Below are positions 1 to 13,619 of a stretch of 64,000 nucleotides of DNA, piece by piece (the stretch's first letter is position 1; each line of letters starts with the position of its first letter). Origin of the DNA: the human T2T-CHM13v2.0 reference genome, Homo sapiens. The stretch lies in the NCBI RefSeq assembly GCF_009914755.1, contig NC_060937.1. One strand, given 5' to 3'. The notes below the pieces were generated by a model. The model worked only from the letters and a program-made list of their open reading frames with translations, ran no database searches and was not told the origin of the DNA. Made by a program: the position numbers and the translations under genes.

Positions 1-2393
1 TAACAGGCAGCCGAATGTTGCTTCACTTCTCTGAAACCCGACTGGCTCATGTGAAGGAGAGGCATGTGTTTGTCTACTTCATTATGTTTGTTCACACCGT
101 CATGCCCAGGTGTTTACATATCGAAATACAGGCCGTTGTAAATTAACGTCCTTTGATGACAGTTTATTTTAATTAATTTCCTATCTATAATATTATTTCT
201 CAGGGGTGTGGATTACTCATACTAGCTGTGACTTTCATTCCAAGTAAAGGAAAGTGACAACGTGTTTGTCATGAAAGCGGGTGCCATTGGTTTTCGATGG
301 GGTTGGAAACCACAGCTCTGGGGGACACTGCCCTGCTTTGCCGCACGTTCAGATGATAGCGAATGGCTATGTGTTCAATGAGGCAGCTCTCTGTGCACGC
401 AGTGGAAAACACACGTGTGTTCTGGGATAAATAAATAAATAATCCCTTTGATAAAGCAGGAAGTCTCTCTACAGCTTTCTCACTCTGCCACTGAAAAGCT
501 GCTAGCTTAATAAAGCCATCAAAGTTTTCGCATTCTGACGCCACAAAGGCAGTGAATAGCGACAACTTTGACTTTTAATCGAAGCTGCAGCATTTGAAGA
601 ACAAGGAGCTCTTGAAGGCCTGGAAGCCCAGCACCCCCGGCCGCTCTCGTCCTTGGGGCTATGCGCCCGCCAGACGCTCATGATCACAGCACGAGGACGA
701 CTTGCTTTTTGAAAGGAGACCTCAATCTTGTTGCTTAACCCCCAAAACATTCATTATTTTCAGCCAAAGGATAACAAAAGTTATTTCAGAAATTTTTTTC
801 AGCCTCATCTCTGGAGCACACTTCACCTCCTAACTTCCATTGACTTCGTCCCTCCCAGACACTCAGGAGGAGCTGGAGGACCTGGCCCAGCGATCGGAGC
901 CTCACGGGGAAACAAGGTAGACTGCTGAGTCTCAGGAGATAAACATCTTAAAACGCTTTCAGATGTCAAATCAGTGGGCAGCAGGATTAAGAATGAGGGG
1001 GACAGGAAAGAATGGCAAGGGTAGCAAGGAAACAAGGCCTTCAGTGACAGGTGGATGGGACGGCGAGCTTAGAAAACATCAGCAGCTGCTAGAAATCTTC
1101 CTGGAGGTGATGATTCCCAGGCCCACTGGAAGCAGCACGAGGGTGCATTGTGAGCTGGGAGCAACTGAGGATCCAGGACCCACCGAGGATCCGGGACCCT
1201 GGGACCTCCCTGGACGTGCACCCAGGAGCTGAGCCACCCAGAAAACACCCAGCCGGGACACCCAGGGAAGGCCGGACTCAGCAAAGGAGCCCCCCACCCC
1301 ATCCAGGTGGGGTCCTGGAAAGTGGGGCCCCAAGGCCTGGAGGTCAGGGAATTGCGTCGGGGGAGATGGTGGCAAATGGAGACTGCGCCCTGGCCCAAGA
1401 GCCCCAGAGACTGTGCCAGGTCTGCAGCCTCAGAGGGGCTTTGGGGAAGCAGCTTTCACTCTCTGGGCTGCCAAAAAGGCGTCCGGTGATGTGACCGTGA
1501 CCTCTGAGCCACTGGACCCACCACTGGCCCTCTGTGGCCACCGCAGGCCCCACCTGCCAACAGGGCCCCCGCCCATGGCTACCCAGGGACAATCCTCTTG
1601 TGTCACCTTTAGGGGCTCTCCAAGCTCAGCTTCCTCCGACCCGGCCTCCCTCCCTGGGGCCAGCGCAGAATTGTGGAGGGGCAGAGGGTGCTGAGTGCCC
1701 GCACCCCTGTCTCACCCCCGTCTCCCCGAGGGGATTGCAGGCTCCTCACTAGCCGGGAGGGTTCAGATCCATCAGACGGGCCTGGCACGGGGTGAAGCTG
1801 TGAGGGCAGAAGCCAGAGTCCAGGGGCACAAGGTGACCCAACACCCAGCACTCGACGCAGAGCACCACTCACCTGATCCTCCCTGCTTCCGGGGACCATG
1901 CTTTACAGACAAGGAAATGGAGGCTCTGGAGCTTAGGTGGCATCTGAGGGCACAGGGACGCCGGGACCACCCCCTGCTCCCCAAGGCACGGCGCTCTCCT
2001 GCCTCTCATGCGCAGGTAGACCCTGTGCGTGTGATTGTCCCAGCACCGTGGTGCAGGAGCTCAAGCCCGGAGCAAGGCCTCAGGGGAGGGAAGGGAGACA
2101 GAAGGGGGAGGGCCACCTGTCTGGCCATGGGGGTCACATGGGGTGGTGCCGTCAGAAGCCGCAGGTGTTTTTATTCAAATCAAATCAATGTTATATTTAA
2201 ATTAACTTTAATCAGGTGTGTCATTCAAGGCTAAGCCGGCGATGGGGGAAGGGGGCGTCTGTGGAAAGGTCCAGGTGGAAGTGAGAAAGGGAAGCGGGCA
2301 CCAGGCCCGTGGCCCCGGTTGGAACACCAGGTGTGAGCGGAGCCCACTGGGGGCTCTGCCTGCTGGAGACGGCCACTCACCCCTTTGGCCTCC

Positions 2394-2738
2394 ATCTCAG
2401 TCCATTTGGGCTGCTGTCAAAATACTATAAACTGGATGGCTTGGAACAAAAGTGTATTTCTCACAGTTTTGGAGGCTGCAAGTCTGACATAAAGGCACCG
2501 GCGGATTTGGCATCTGGAGAGGGCTTCCTGGTTTGTGGACGGGGCCTTCTCACTGGTTCCTCACATGGTGGAACGGGTGAGGGAGCTCTCTGGGCCTCTT
2601 TTGCAAGGGCACAAATCACACTCGTGGGGACCCACCTTCATCACCATCTGAACTGATCCCCTCCCAAAGGCCCCACCTCCCGCCACCATCACCGTGGGGC
2701 TGAGCATTTCGATATACGAGTTTCCTGGGGGACATGAA
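2394..2738 (-). mobile_element. MaLR LTR, MLT1A-like
   Basis: Reverse complement resembles the MLT1A consensus (tttctcacagttttggaggctg..., cccaaaggccccacctcc). Confidence 0.7.
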
Positions 2739-5140
2739 CTAAGAGCATGGTGGCCCCCACCACGCCCGCTGCGTCCCCCTGGGGGTCTCCTCCTCCCGTC
2801 CTCATCTTGGTCTATGCCCCTTGCCCTCCTGGAACCCCTGCTGCCTCCTCTCCCTTTCTCTACTCTGCACATGCAGGCAGAGAAGAGCTGGCAGTGTGGA
2901 GATGGGGCGGGCACCCACAGAGGGGCACAGGAGCCCACCCCAAGCTGGGCACAGCAACGCTGTGGTCCTGCAGAGCAGGCAGCCCTGGGATGGTTCATGA
3001 GGGCCTAGCACACAGGGCACCTTAGAGCCTCCCCTAATGTGAAGTCCTTCCGTGAAGCTCACAGAGCAGGGAAATACATCTGAAAACAAAACCAAACTTG
3101 GATGAGACATCACCTCCAAGGTGAAACAAATTTGGAAAACTTTCCAGTGAAAGTACCTTGAAGAGACTTTAGGTTTGTATTAATTTAGATATTGCATGAT
3201 TATGCTGCTATCTCACCCCCAGGAGGGAGCAGTGGGGCCCCCTCCTGCTCCAGCAACGGCCTTTCTCCATCGCCATCTCATTTCCGAGCCAGGCAACGGA
3301 CGACCAGGGGCAGAGCGTCCCTGCTATGGGGGCCAGATCAGGGTTCACCTCCACTCCTAAACTGAGGAAAGGACACCTTTTTTAAGGTCAAAATTAATTT
3401 TTAAATTGCATCAAATTATCTCAAATAAAAGCATGTAGGGACATGCACATGGCCCCCTGGCTGTTTCTCAGCGCGTGTTAGAGAAGGAGGGCGTTTTCAG
3501 CCCAGCCACTGGGACGCCTGTTTCCCGCGGTCTCCAGAACAGTGCCTCCATGTGCTGCGTGGAGAGAGACTCAGAGTGTTTTACCTGCTCACACCCCAAA
3601 CGCCAGGCTCCTTGTGCTGAAACGATGGCTCTGGTCTATGCCCTGCTAAGCGCTTGGCACGACTACGATCTCGGAATAAAATTAGTCTTTGATTCTTCAT
3701 CCCAGTGGAAATTGCAGGGCTCCAGCCTCTCCACTTTCTTAATGGTTTCTTCACTACAAAGACTCAATTGAATGACCCTGTCAGCCATCTCCAAGGTTTG
3801 GAATTAAATGTACCTAAGTGTAAATCAATAGAAAGGGAATCAAAAACTAAAAGGCTGGATTATTTTTGCAGATCTCTTTGTGCAAAACAAGTTTGCATTG
3901 AACCCGGGACCACCTGCGACCCCAGAGCAGCTCCGCCTTCCAGCTTCAGGTACATGAATATAATGGAGGAGCTTTGATGAGCAAAGATTAATCACAAGAT
4001 CTATCAAAATGGAATTATGATTTTGACCCACTCACCTCCAAGAGCTGCTGGATAGCAAAATTAGAAAATCCGGAACTATAAGTGTTCCATTTTAAACTGC
4101 AAGAGATACTGCGCTGGCAAGCATCTCCTCAGCCCCTCCTCATTCCAGACTCAGGTGACCCCAGTCCTTCATGCAGATTTGGAATGCGTTGCATTCTCAA
4201 ACAGTGGGATATGCAAGAAAGATCCACAGGCGTATATAGAACCCAGTGCAAGGCAGCTCTCGGCGCTGCCAGCACCTCCCCACTCCCTCTAAGCGCAGTA
4301 CCTCCAAAATCTCTGGAGCTTCCTCTGGTCTCATACCTCTGGCAGCGACCCACCTGCCACCTTTGCCAGTCTGTGCATGTGCGAAACCTCAGACTTGCCA
4401 ACCCACTACCTTGGCTACAAAACCTGTTTTTAATTTCCTCTTAGACACCAGTGCCTGGTAAATTATTAGCACGTCGTTTCTTCCAGGAGTGTTTCATGTT
4501 GCAATGGTAGCCCCCGTAACACAACATGTTAAGCAAAGGAAGAACATTCTGACAGTAAAAATGCAGCCACCTGAGCTAATCAGAAGGCTTCTTTGTGCCT
4601 CAGGTTGTAAGGAGCTGCACCTTCCCAACCTCTGGTTGGTTCTATGGACCACTGCCAAATTTCCAGTGGTCAGCAGGAGCCCATACAAGATGGCAGAACT
4701 AATATTCTATTCCAAACATTCACAAATCAAAGTGCCAAAGCTGTAGGTTTTTATTCATTCTGCATTGCTGTAGGAAATACGAGTTTTGCCTTCAGCTTCA
4801 GTAAAGCTGAAGCCTGGGTGAGTGGGCGCTGGATGCTTAATTTCGGGGTCAGCAAGTGAGAAAAAGTTTTCACTCATCCATCACAAAATTTAAGAGTAGT
4901 CAGAGTGAAGCTTTTTTGCTAAGTTGACCTTATCTGTAAAACATGTGAATGACAGAGATCTTTGAACATTAAAAAAACAACAACAAAAACAAACAAACAA
5001 AAAAACTGACACGTTCTACATCTTATCTGGGACCTCGGAGTTCTGGAATGCACCTGTCTAAATGAAGGCTAGAAAAGAGCTTGGGAGATGTGGGGGAGTG
5101 AAAGAAAGTAAATGGAGAATTTGGGGTCAAAAAGAAAAAA

Positions 5141-6063
5141 GTGTGTGTGTGTGTGTGTCTTGTGGCTGTGTCGTGGTTTTATGTATGTAAGTGTGTGTAT
5201 GTGTATATGTATGTGGTGTGTGTATATTTTCTGTTTGTGGTGTGTGTATGTGTATATGGGATGTGTATGCATGTTGTATGTGTGTGGTGAGTGTGTATGC
5301 ATGTGTATGTGTATGTGTGATTATGTATGTATGTGTAGGATGTGCTTGTGTGCGTGTTGTGTATAGTGAGTGTACATGTATATGTATGTGCGATGTATAT
5401 ATGTATGGGTGTAGAATGCGCACGTGTGTATTGTGTGTGTGGTGAGTGTGGATCCTTGTGTGTAATGTGTGTATGTGGAATGTGCATGTGTGTTGTGGGG
5501 GAGTGTACATGCATGCACATGTGTGATGTGTGTATGTGTGGGTATGTGTGTATATGTGTGTAGACTGTGCATGTGGGTGTTGTGTGAGTGTACATGCATC
5601 CATATGTGTTGTGTGTGTGTGTAGAATGTGCATGTGTGTTGGAGTATACACATATGTGTATGTGTGATGTGTGATGTATGTATGTATAGTGTGTATGTAG
5701 GGGAGGATGTTTATGTGTTGTGTGTGTAGTGTGTATATGCATGTGTATGTGTAATGTATGTGTGGGTGTATATGTGTGTATGTGTGTAGGATGTGCATGT
5801 GTGTTGAGGGAGTATATATGCATGTGTATGTGTAGTGTATGTGTGGGTGTATATGTGTGTATGTGTGTAGGATGTGCATGTGTGTTGGGGGAGTATATAT
5901 GCATGTGTATGTGTGATGTGTGATGTGTGTGTGTGTATGTAGTGTGTATGTAGGGGAGGACGTTTATGTGTTGTGTGTGGTGTGTATATGCATGTGTATG
6001 TGTACATGGGATGTGTATATGCATATGTGTTGTGGTGTGTATGTGTGTATGGTCTGTGTGTGT
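5141..6063. repeat. Degenerate (TG/TA)n low-complexity tract with internal ~80-bp higher-order repeats
   Basis: About 920 bp of alternating purine-pyrimidine sequence. It is the source of the spurious His/Thr- and Cys/Val-rich ORFs. Confidence 0.95.
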
Positions 6064-6919
6064 CTATAACAAATAACCAAATGACTGGATCTCTATGTTT
6101 TGAAACAGAACCCCTTAATTCTGTTTGGAAAACGATGTTCTTGCTGTGGACATCGGGATTTCTGTTCCCCAGGAAGAGTGATGGGTCTGCCACAACCTGA
6201 TATTTCTCCAAGAATAATTTCAGGTTAAAAAACATCCATAGTAAGGTGAAGGTCTCAGCAAATGTGAAATAACATCTCACTGCCAGTTCCCACGTCCCAG
6301 GCAAAAATTCCTTTAAGTTAATTATACATTATCTGAACCAGTGTGTACATGTTCAGTCTCTTCATATCTGTACACATCTTCTAGCACTTTTGTTCTGATT
6401 TCTAAAGAACCTTGACTAATTCACTTTAGCAAGAAGCTAATCCCGCACTGTAGGGCTAAGTATAAAACAAGTGACATTCTCAAATGGGTGACAGAAACGT
6501 GCAGGCGAGGGATCATTAAGTGTTCATTAGCCACGTGCCGTCACGTTAACCATGGGGTGTCGCACCAGTTTTCTCTTCTTTGTCATGAGCCAGCACTATC
6601 CCCCTTTCATGGAGCAAACCACCAGGGCGAATGGTGCCCACACCTCCCGCTTCCACTCTGCTTGTCACACAGTGGTCCCTGAGCTGCATTTCCATGACCA
6701 CAGTCTTAGAAGTCCACTCAGAAGAGGCTGTTACCCAGGCCTGTTGGTAACAGTGGTGAGTAACTGAAATGGTCAAGTACCAGAAAAAATATATTTTTTC
6801 AGACTATTCAATATATACAACTGTTAGAGCCATGTGTGAATATAGTCATTTTCTTTCAACTCATGATTTTAGAATCTTAAAGATGGCCACGTAACCCAGA
6901 CATTTAGGATTCCCAGGTT

Positions 6920-9300
6920 TGTTTTTATTTTATTTTCATTTTTTAATAATTTCCATTTTATTTTAGATTTGGGGGTACATGTGCAAGATTGTCACATGGG
7001 CATGTTGTGTGATGCTCACAGACTGAGGATAGTACCAACAGTTACTTTTGCAGCCCTTGCCCCACTTTCTCCCTCCCACTTCTAGTCCTCCCCTGTGTCT
7101 ATTGTCGCCATCTTTATGTCTATGAGTACCCAAAGTTTAGCTCCCACTCATAAGTGAGAACACATGGCATTTGGTTTTCTGTTCCTGCATTAATTTGCTT
7201 AGGGTGATGACTCGTAGCTGCATCCATGTTGTTGCAAAGACGTGATTTTGTTTTTTTATGGCTGCATAGTATTCCATTATGTAAATGTACCACATTTTCT
7301 TTATCCAGTCCACCATTGATGGGCATCTAGGTTGATTTCATGTCTTTGCTATGGTGAATAATGCTACGATGAACACACACATACATGTGTCTCTTTGGTA
7401 GAATGATTGTTTTCCTTTGGGTACATACCCAGTAATGGGATTGCTGGGTCAAATGGTAGTTCTGTTCTAAGTTAAGAAATCTCCAAACTGCCTTCCACAG
7501 TGGCTGAACACTTTACATTTCCACCAACAGTGCATGAGCATTCCCTTTCCTCTGCATCCTCACCAACATGTGGGGTTTTTTTGTTTGTTTGTTTTTGTTG
7601 TTGCTGATTTTTACTTTAATAATGGCCACTCTCAGGTCCACCTACACTAAAAATGGCCCCAAAATAAATCGGTTGAAGAAATTAGATCCCAAAGATTCTT
7701 GATTTTTTCCTAGGTGAATTTTGAAGTCTTCATCAGTCTATCCATATTAAAAGGAGATGACAGAAGCCAAAATAAAAGAATTATAGGCTGACAGGACCAC
7801 TGGATTAAAATAAGCATCAGTTTCATTAAAAAGGGCTAACTTGAAAATAAATCTTTTGAAGACAAATTGTTACTCCAGCTCTCTAAATAAAGTGACCTTG
7901 ATGGACAGAGGAAGAAATCACACCATGGAATTCCTTGAGTAAATTTATTGACTTTAAAAATAATAATAATAATAATGGCCATTCTGACTGGTGTGCAAAG
8001 GCATCTCATTGTGGTTTTGACTTGCATTTCTCTGATGATCAGTGATGTTGAGCATTTTTTCACATGTTTGTGGGCCATTGGCATGTCTTCTTTTGAGAAA
8101 TGTCTATTCATGTCTTTGGCCCACTTTTTTAATGGAGTTATTTGGTTTTTGCTTGTTTAATTCATTAAGTTTCTTATAGATTCTGGATATTAGACCTCTG
8201 TTGGATGCATAGTTTGCAAATATTTTCTCCTATTCTGTAGGCTGTCTATTTACTCTGTTGATAATTTCTCTTTCTATGAAGAAGCTCTTCGGTTTAATTA
8301 GGTCTCACTTCTCAATTTTTGTTTCTGTTGCAATTGCTTTTGAGGACCTAGTCATAAATTATTTACCAAGGCCAATGTCCAGAATGGCGTTTCCTAGGTT
8401 TTTTTCTAGGATTCTTATGGTTTGTCGTCTTATATTTAAGTCTTTAATCTGTCTTGCATTGACTTTTGTATATAGTGAAAGGTAGGGGTCCAGTTGCACT
8501 CTTCTGCATATAGATAGCCAGCTATCCTAGGACCATTTATTGAGTGGGGTGTCCTTTCCCTGTTGCTTATTTTTGTCAACTTTGTTGAAGATCAGGTGGC
8601 TCTAGGTGTGCAGCTTTATTTCTGGGTTATCTGTTCATTCTTTTGGTCCATACGTCTGTTTTTGTACCAGTACCATGCTGTTTTGGTTACTGTAGCTTTA
8701 TAGCATAGTTTGAAATCAGGTAATGTGATGTTTCCAGCTTTGTTCTTTTTGCTTAGGATTGCTTTGGATGTTTGGGCTCTTTTTTTGTTCCACGTGAATT
8801 CTAGAATAGTTTTTTTTTTCTAATTCTGTGAAAAATGACATTGCTAGTTTGATAGGAATGGTGTTGAATCTGCACATTGCTTTGGGCATCGTGCCATTTT
8901 AATGATGCTGATTCTTCCAAGCCATAAGCATATTTGTTTGTGTTATCTATGATTTCCTTCAGCAGCGTTTTGTAGTTATCTTTGTAGAGATCCTTCACCT
9001 CCTTGGTCAGATGTATTCCTCGGTATTTTATTTCTTGTGGCTATTGTGAATGGGATTATGTTCTTGATTTGCTCTCAGTTCAAATGTTATTGGAAATGCT
9101 ACTGAATTTTGTATATTGACTTTGTATCCTGAAACTTTTTACTGAGGTCATGTATGAGTTCTGGAGCCTTTTGACAGAGTCTTTGGGGTTTTCCAGGTAT
9201 CAAATCGCATTAGTGAGAACAGATAATTTGACTTCCCCCTTTCCCTGCTAGGATGCCTTTTATTTCTCTCTCTTGCCTGATTTCTCTGGTCAGGACTTCC
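6920..9300 (-). mobile_element. 5'-truncated LINE-1 (older L1PA/L1PB type), interrupted by a retrocopy
   Basis: L1 3'UTR and ORF2 C-terminal remnants on the - strand (MNRHFSKED...). TSD ggattcccag(g/t)ttt at ~6907 and ~9302. Confidence 0.88.
7633..7970 (+). pseudogene. Short processed retrocopy of an unidentified transcript 3' end, inserted in L1
   Basis: Non-L1 sequence flanked by a 15-bp TSD aataatggcca(c/t)tct (7618-7632, 7971-7985). AGTAAA at 7938, then an A-rich/(AAT)n tail. Confidence 0.75.
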
Positions 9301-10047
9301 GGGATTCCCAGTTTTAATTCTTAGTCACTCTTAGTTCCAACAGTTGGAGCACCGACAACTGTGAATTTATGACTGTACTCCACAAAGAATGTCTAGGCAT
9401 TTAACCATGCTGTCTGCATTCAGTAGCTATCGGGAATAACAGCTGTTAGACTTGAGCAAACGTATTGATGGGAACATGGCTAGGAAACATCTTTAAAGTT
9501 TCTTTAACCCTGTTTCCCTGTTTGTCCTGCCAGCTAATGATATTCTTTGAAAGAAAAACTGAATTTAAACTCTGCTAACAGAGGCCTAACTCCATAGCAA
9601 TGTGTTTTACAAATAGTAGGTCTTGATAAACATTTCTAGCACAGTTTTACATCGAACTCATGATCAACACTTTTCTCCTAGTTTTCCAATTAATAATTCT
9701 ATGTAATCAAGTATTTTTTTCTTTCACTGTGATGTGACTCCATCCTCATACAATGTATTTTGTATTTGATTTTGCCAAAATTATTTCTTAAAGCAACATT
9801 GGATTCTTTATTTGAATTCAAGAAACTAATACAAAACGGAGCCTGAATATATGGAATTGGTCTCAGAGAACACACTTGCCCAGATTTTCCAGGCCAGTCT
9901 TGGCCATCCTGGGAAACTCTGCCATTTTGTGCTACTGGTTTCATAGCCAATCGTGGCCAATATACTGGATTGTATCACATGTAGAAATCTACAATTAATC
10001 TGATTCCATGTAATCTGATCCTCTCAGCAGACATACTCCATAAGAAG

Positions 10048-10160
10048 ACAAGAAAAAGGAAGGAAAGGAAAGGGAAGGGAAGGGAAGGGAAAGGAAGGGA
10101 AGGGAAGGGAAGATGGATAGATGGATAGATGGATGGATGGTTGGATGGATGGATGGATGG
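10048..10160. repeat. Compound microsatellite (GGAAA/GGGAA)n-(GGAT)n
   Basis: Direct reading. Confidence 0.95.
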
Positions 10161-12577
10161 TATAGAAAGCTTTTAGGAGATTTTCTTTCTCAGGTAAATA
10201 TTTTGCTTTCCCAGAGGAGACAGCATTCCCCCTTGGCATTTCACTTTTGTCTCCAACACTTAGAATTTCTAGTAGCGGGACCTCTGGACTGCAGGGCTAT
10301 TATAGACCACTGAGGTCAAGGTTGATGCATCCAGGAAGGTGCCCTGCATTTTCTTGCTAGTCTTCAAAGACTCCTCCTGTGGACACTTCCTGGGCAGGAA
10401 GTGTCATTGGCCACGATCCTGCTGTGACCCTCCATTCTGCATCCAGGTTCTTTCTGCCTTTTAAAGCATCGGCATAATGTCTCTACAATTAATCTGTAAA
10501 GCAGCAGAACTTTGTGATTCTGACACAGTTAATCGTTCCCAGTATCTCTATTTAAAGCTTTCTAAAGACAAAAGTAAAGAAGACAATTATACAGATTGCA
10601 GAGACCAGAGTAAGATAAGCTTGGAGAGAAAGAGAAACTCAGAGAGCCAACAACAATATAACATAAACAGCTCAGCAAATAATAGTGCAATTTCCCAGCT
10701 AATAGAATGGTTTAACACCTGAATACATTCACATGCCTGATTAAGCACTAACAACATACATCCATAAAGGAAGATTATAAGTTGTAATATGCCTTTGCAA
10801 GAAGCAGCATATTAACCACTATTTGTATACTTCTCCAATTACATTCCTTTAATTCTTTCATTTAGAAAACAGTTTACATTATAATAGCCAGCATCACTTC
10901 TGTTTTTAAAACAATTGGTTATGTGTATATTGCCAAATTATGGGTCTACGGGATATTTTCATAAGAGAAAACAATTGCCAACATGCCTGGAAAAGGATCT
11001 TTAACTCCCCTGGAAAAGGGGAGTCTGGTGACATACGGATGCATGGCCATTCCTTCTCACTATGCCAACGCTTCCCAGTGGGTTGAACAGCCCATTTTTT
11101 CTTCTCAAGTTTTCTGTGAGCAGAGATTTGTCTTGCAGACATGAAACCCGGACAGTGTGGGCCTGTCCAGCTCCCTTCTTGCTCCCTGTGTGCTCCATCC
11201 AGGAGCCCAGCCCTCCCAGGTCACTGCACCCACCGGGGTCTGCATGCTGGTTTGTCGCCAGCTATTCTGTGGCAAAGGCCTCCAACACACCTTCCCTACC
11301 CAAATCCCAGCACCCTGCTGGTCCCACCCAGCTCAGTATCTGGCCTGCACAGGGTCTCCCCTGGGACCCAAACATGGCAGAAACCAAGATGCAATCAGCA
11401 ACAGCAACAGAGCCTTGGAGACAAAAGCCAAACCAGCGAAAAGCACCACCGTTCGGACCAGAGCAAGCCAGGCACTGCCTCCTTGTGATAAGCAACAGGA
11501 AACTCCAGGTGGAGGCAGGAGGAGCCTGGGCGGTGTTGGGGCTCAGAAGGCCACACCCCAAAGCCTGGCTGGGACCAGCTGAGAGGCCCAAGGAGCTGTC
11601 TCCGAATTAGGGCCCCCTGGCCTGGACGCCAGCCCCGCCAGGTGCTGAGAGGGGCTCTCTCTGGAATTCCTTGTCTGCCTACCAAAGCAGCTTCAATGCA
11701 GTTGTCTTACATCTCCCACCCTGGGAATCTCATCAATGGCCACGAAAGCTCAACCATCTGGGAAGGGAGGGAACAGGGGTTCCCCACACCTGGACTTCTC
11801 ATCTGTTCTTCCAAGAGCAACTTCAAGGGAGGTTTTGGGGGACTTGATCTGCATAGTGAGGCGACCTTTATTCTCGTGCAGCTCCATCCCCCACCTTCCT
11901 GCCTCCACCTCCCGGGGCCATTCACTTTTCCCTGATGATTTATTGTCCCTCAGAAGAACTTCCCACCCTCGCCAACCCCCCACTCCCCTGTGGAAAAGGA
12001 CACATCAGCCTCTGCACTGTGCAACACATTTGGGAAATCACTGCAATTTCCCCCAGGCCCAGTCATGAACTGCACGTGCCTTTTCTCTGATCAATCTGCC
12101 TTTTATCAGTTGATTTTGGACCAAACCTTCAGAGGGTGGGTAAAGGGGAAGTGAGCACACAGAGAGGCAGGCACAGCCAAGGAGCCACCCTGGGCAGGTG
12201 CAGCCTAAGCTTTGGCTCTAAGTGGAGAAGCTGAGCCTGAGAAGTGAGGTCTGGCAGGGCAGGTTGAGTCGGCATGGACCTAGGGAGGGTCCTGCCCCAT
12301 GGCCACACACCAGCAATGCTGCTACCAGGGAAGTCACAGAGGAGGGGCTGGGCCCAAAGAGGGTTGAAGGGTTGTGCTTTGAAAGCCAAGTTCGAGGTCA
12401 GGGACGGTTGGCACTGAGGGATCCCAGGGCTTCACAGACCTGCTCAAAGGAACACAATTTTTCCCAATGTCCTAGGAAAGTATGACAGCAGAGGGAGGGG
12501 CTTGGTCCCAGTCTAATGGTGTAGAAAGAATGCCAAGACAATAAACAAGCAAGCCACCCTTCTATGCATTAACTTAC

Positions 12578-12941
12578 TGCTATCAACTGGATTCTGTGCC
12601 CCCAAACACGTGTGTTGGCGCTGTAACCCACAATGAGATGGTATTTGGAGCTGGTACTTTAGAAGCTAATTAGGTTTAGATGAGGTCAGGAGGGTGGGGT
12701 CCCCATGATGGGATTCCTGTCTCCATAAGAACAGGAACAGGTCAGGGTCCTCTCTCTGCCATGTGAGGACACAGCAAGGGGGCTGCTGTCTGCACATCAG
12801 AGAGAGAGCCCTCACCAGGAAATGAATCTCCCAGCACCTTGATCTTGGACTTCCAGCCTCCAGAACTATAGGAAATCAATGTCTATTGATTAAGACACAC
12901 AGTCTGTGGTATTTTGTCCCACAGCCTGTGATGACCAAGAC
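12578..12941 (+). mobile_element. MaLR LTR, MLT1A-like
   Basis: tgctat...taattaggtttagatgaggtc...ggacttccagcctccagaact...aagaca, matching MLT1A organisation. Confidence 0.8.
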
Positions 12942-13159
12942 ACTCACTTAACACCATAAAGGGGTGTGGTAAGAACACAGCACGAAGGACCCAGCTCCAC
13001 CCTCACTGCTCCCACACCTGTGTCCTCCCACTTGGGGCTGGTGCCCAGCTCCACCCCTTAGCCCTGGCTGAGCCCCATGCACTGTGGTTTGTAAGCAAAC
13101 AACACACCATCAAAAGCTGGGAAGTACTTACACCCAAGTCCTGATGGCCCCTGCTCCTT

Positions 13160-13375
13160 TTCCACCACGGTCATGAGAACATGCCCAAGCCAGCCTGAGG
13201 GGAGAGGCACACGGTCTGCATCTCCACAATACCAGCTGAGAGCCAATTGCCGTGAGTGAATGAGAATAGCTGAGTGAGCCCAGCCCAGACCTGAAGAACT
13301 GCCCAGCTCAGCCTAGCCAATGCTGCTGGCCACAGACTGAGTTTTGGGGTGGTTTGCCATGCAGCATTATGGTGA
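13160..13375 (+). mobile_element. Ancient MLT1-family LTR fragment
   Basis: gagcccagcccagacctgaagaactgcccagc...gagttttggggtggtttgccatgcagca, a typical MLT1 3' end. Confidence 0.5.
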
Positions 13376-13619
13376 AAACAAATGGCTTAGGCCTGTAGGA
13401 GCTATCAGCTCAGAGGCTCAGAGGGGTATTTGATTTGTCTGAGGTCATCAGCTAGTAAGCCACTGACCAGGAATTAAATCGAGCTGGTATGACCATGCTG
13501 AGCACTTAGCCTAGTGCACACTGCCTCCCAGAGCCTAACCCACCATGGACACATGTCCTGCAAGCATGCACTCATAGAGATGCATGGATTGGACTAGAGG
13601 AAAATAGGAGTTGCATCTG

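Noticed and set aside
1167-1200. 18-bp tandem repeat gaggatcc(a/g)ggaccc
   Set aside because: Two copies only; ordinary slippage duplication with no functional evidence.
800-3120. Dense overlapping ORFs in GC-rich sequence (also 11000-12500, 13570-14370, 39300-40130, 41300-45200)
   Set aside because: Open in many frames on both strands because of high GC. No recognisable domain or consistent splice structure.
5069-6304. Long His/Thr/Tyr- and Cys/Val-rich ORFs (up to 281 aa)
   Set aside because: Translation artefacts of the (TG/CA)n low-complexity tract.
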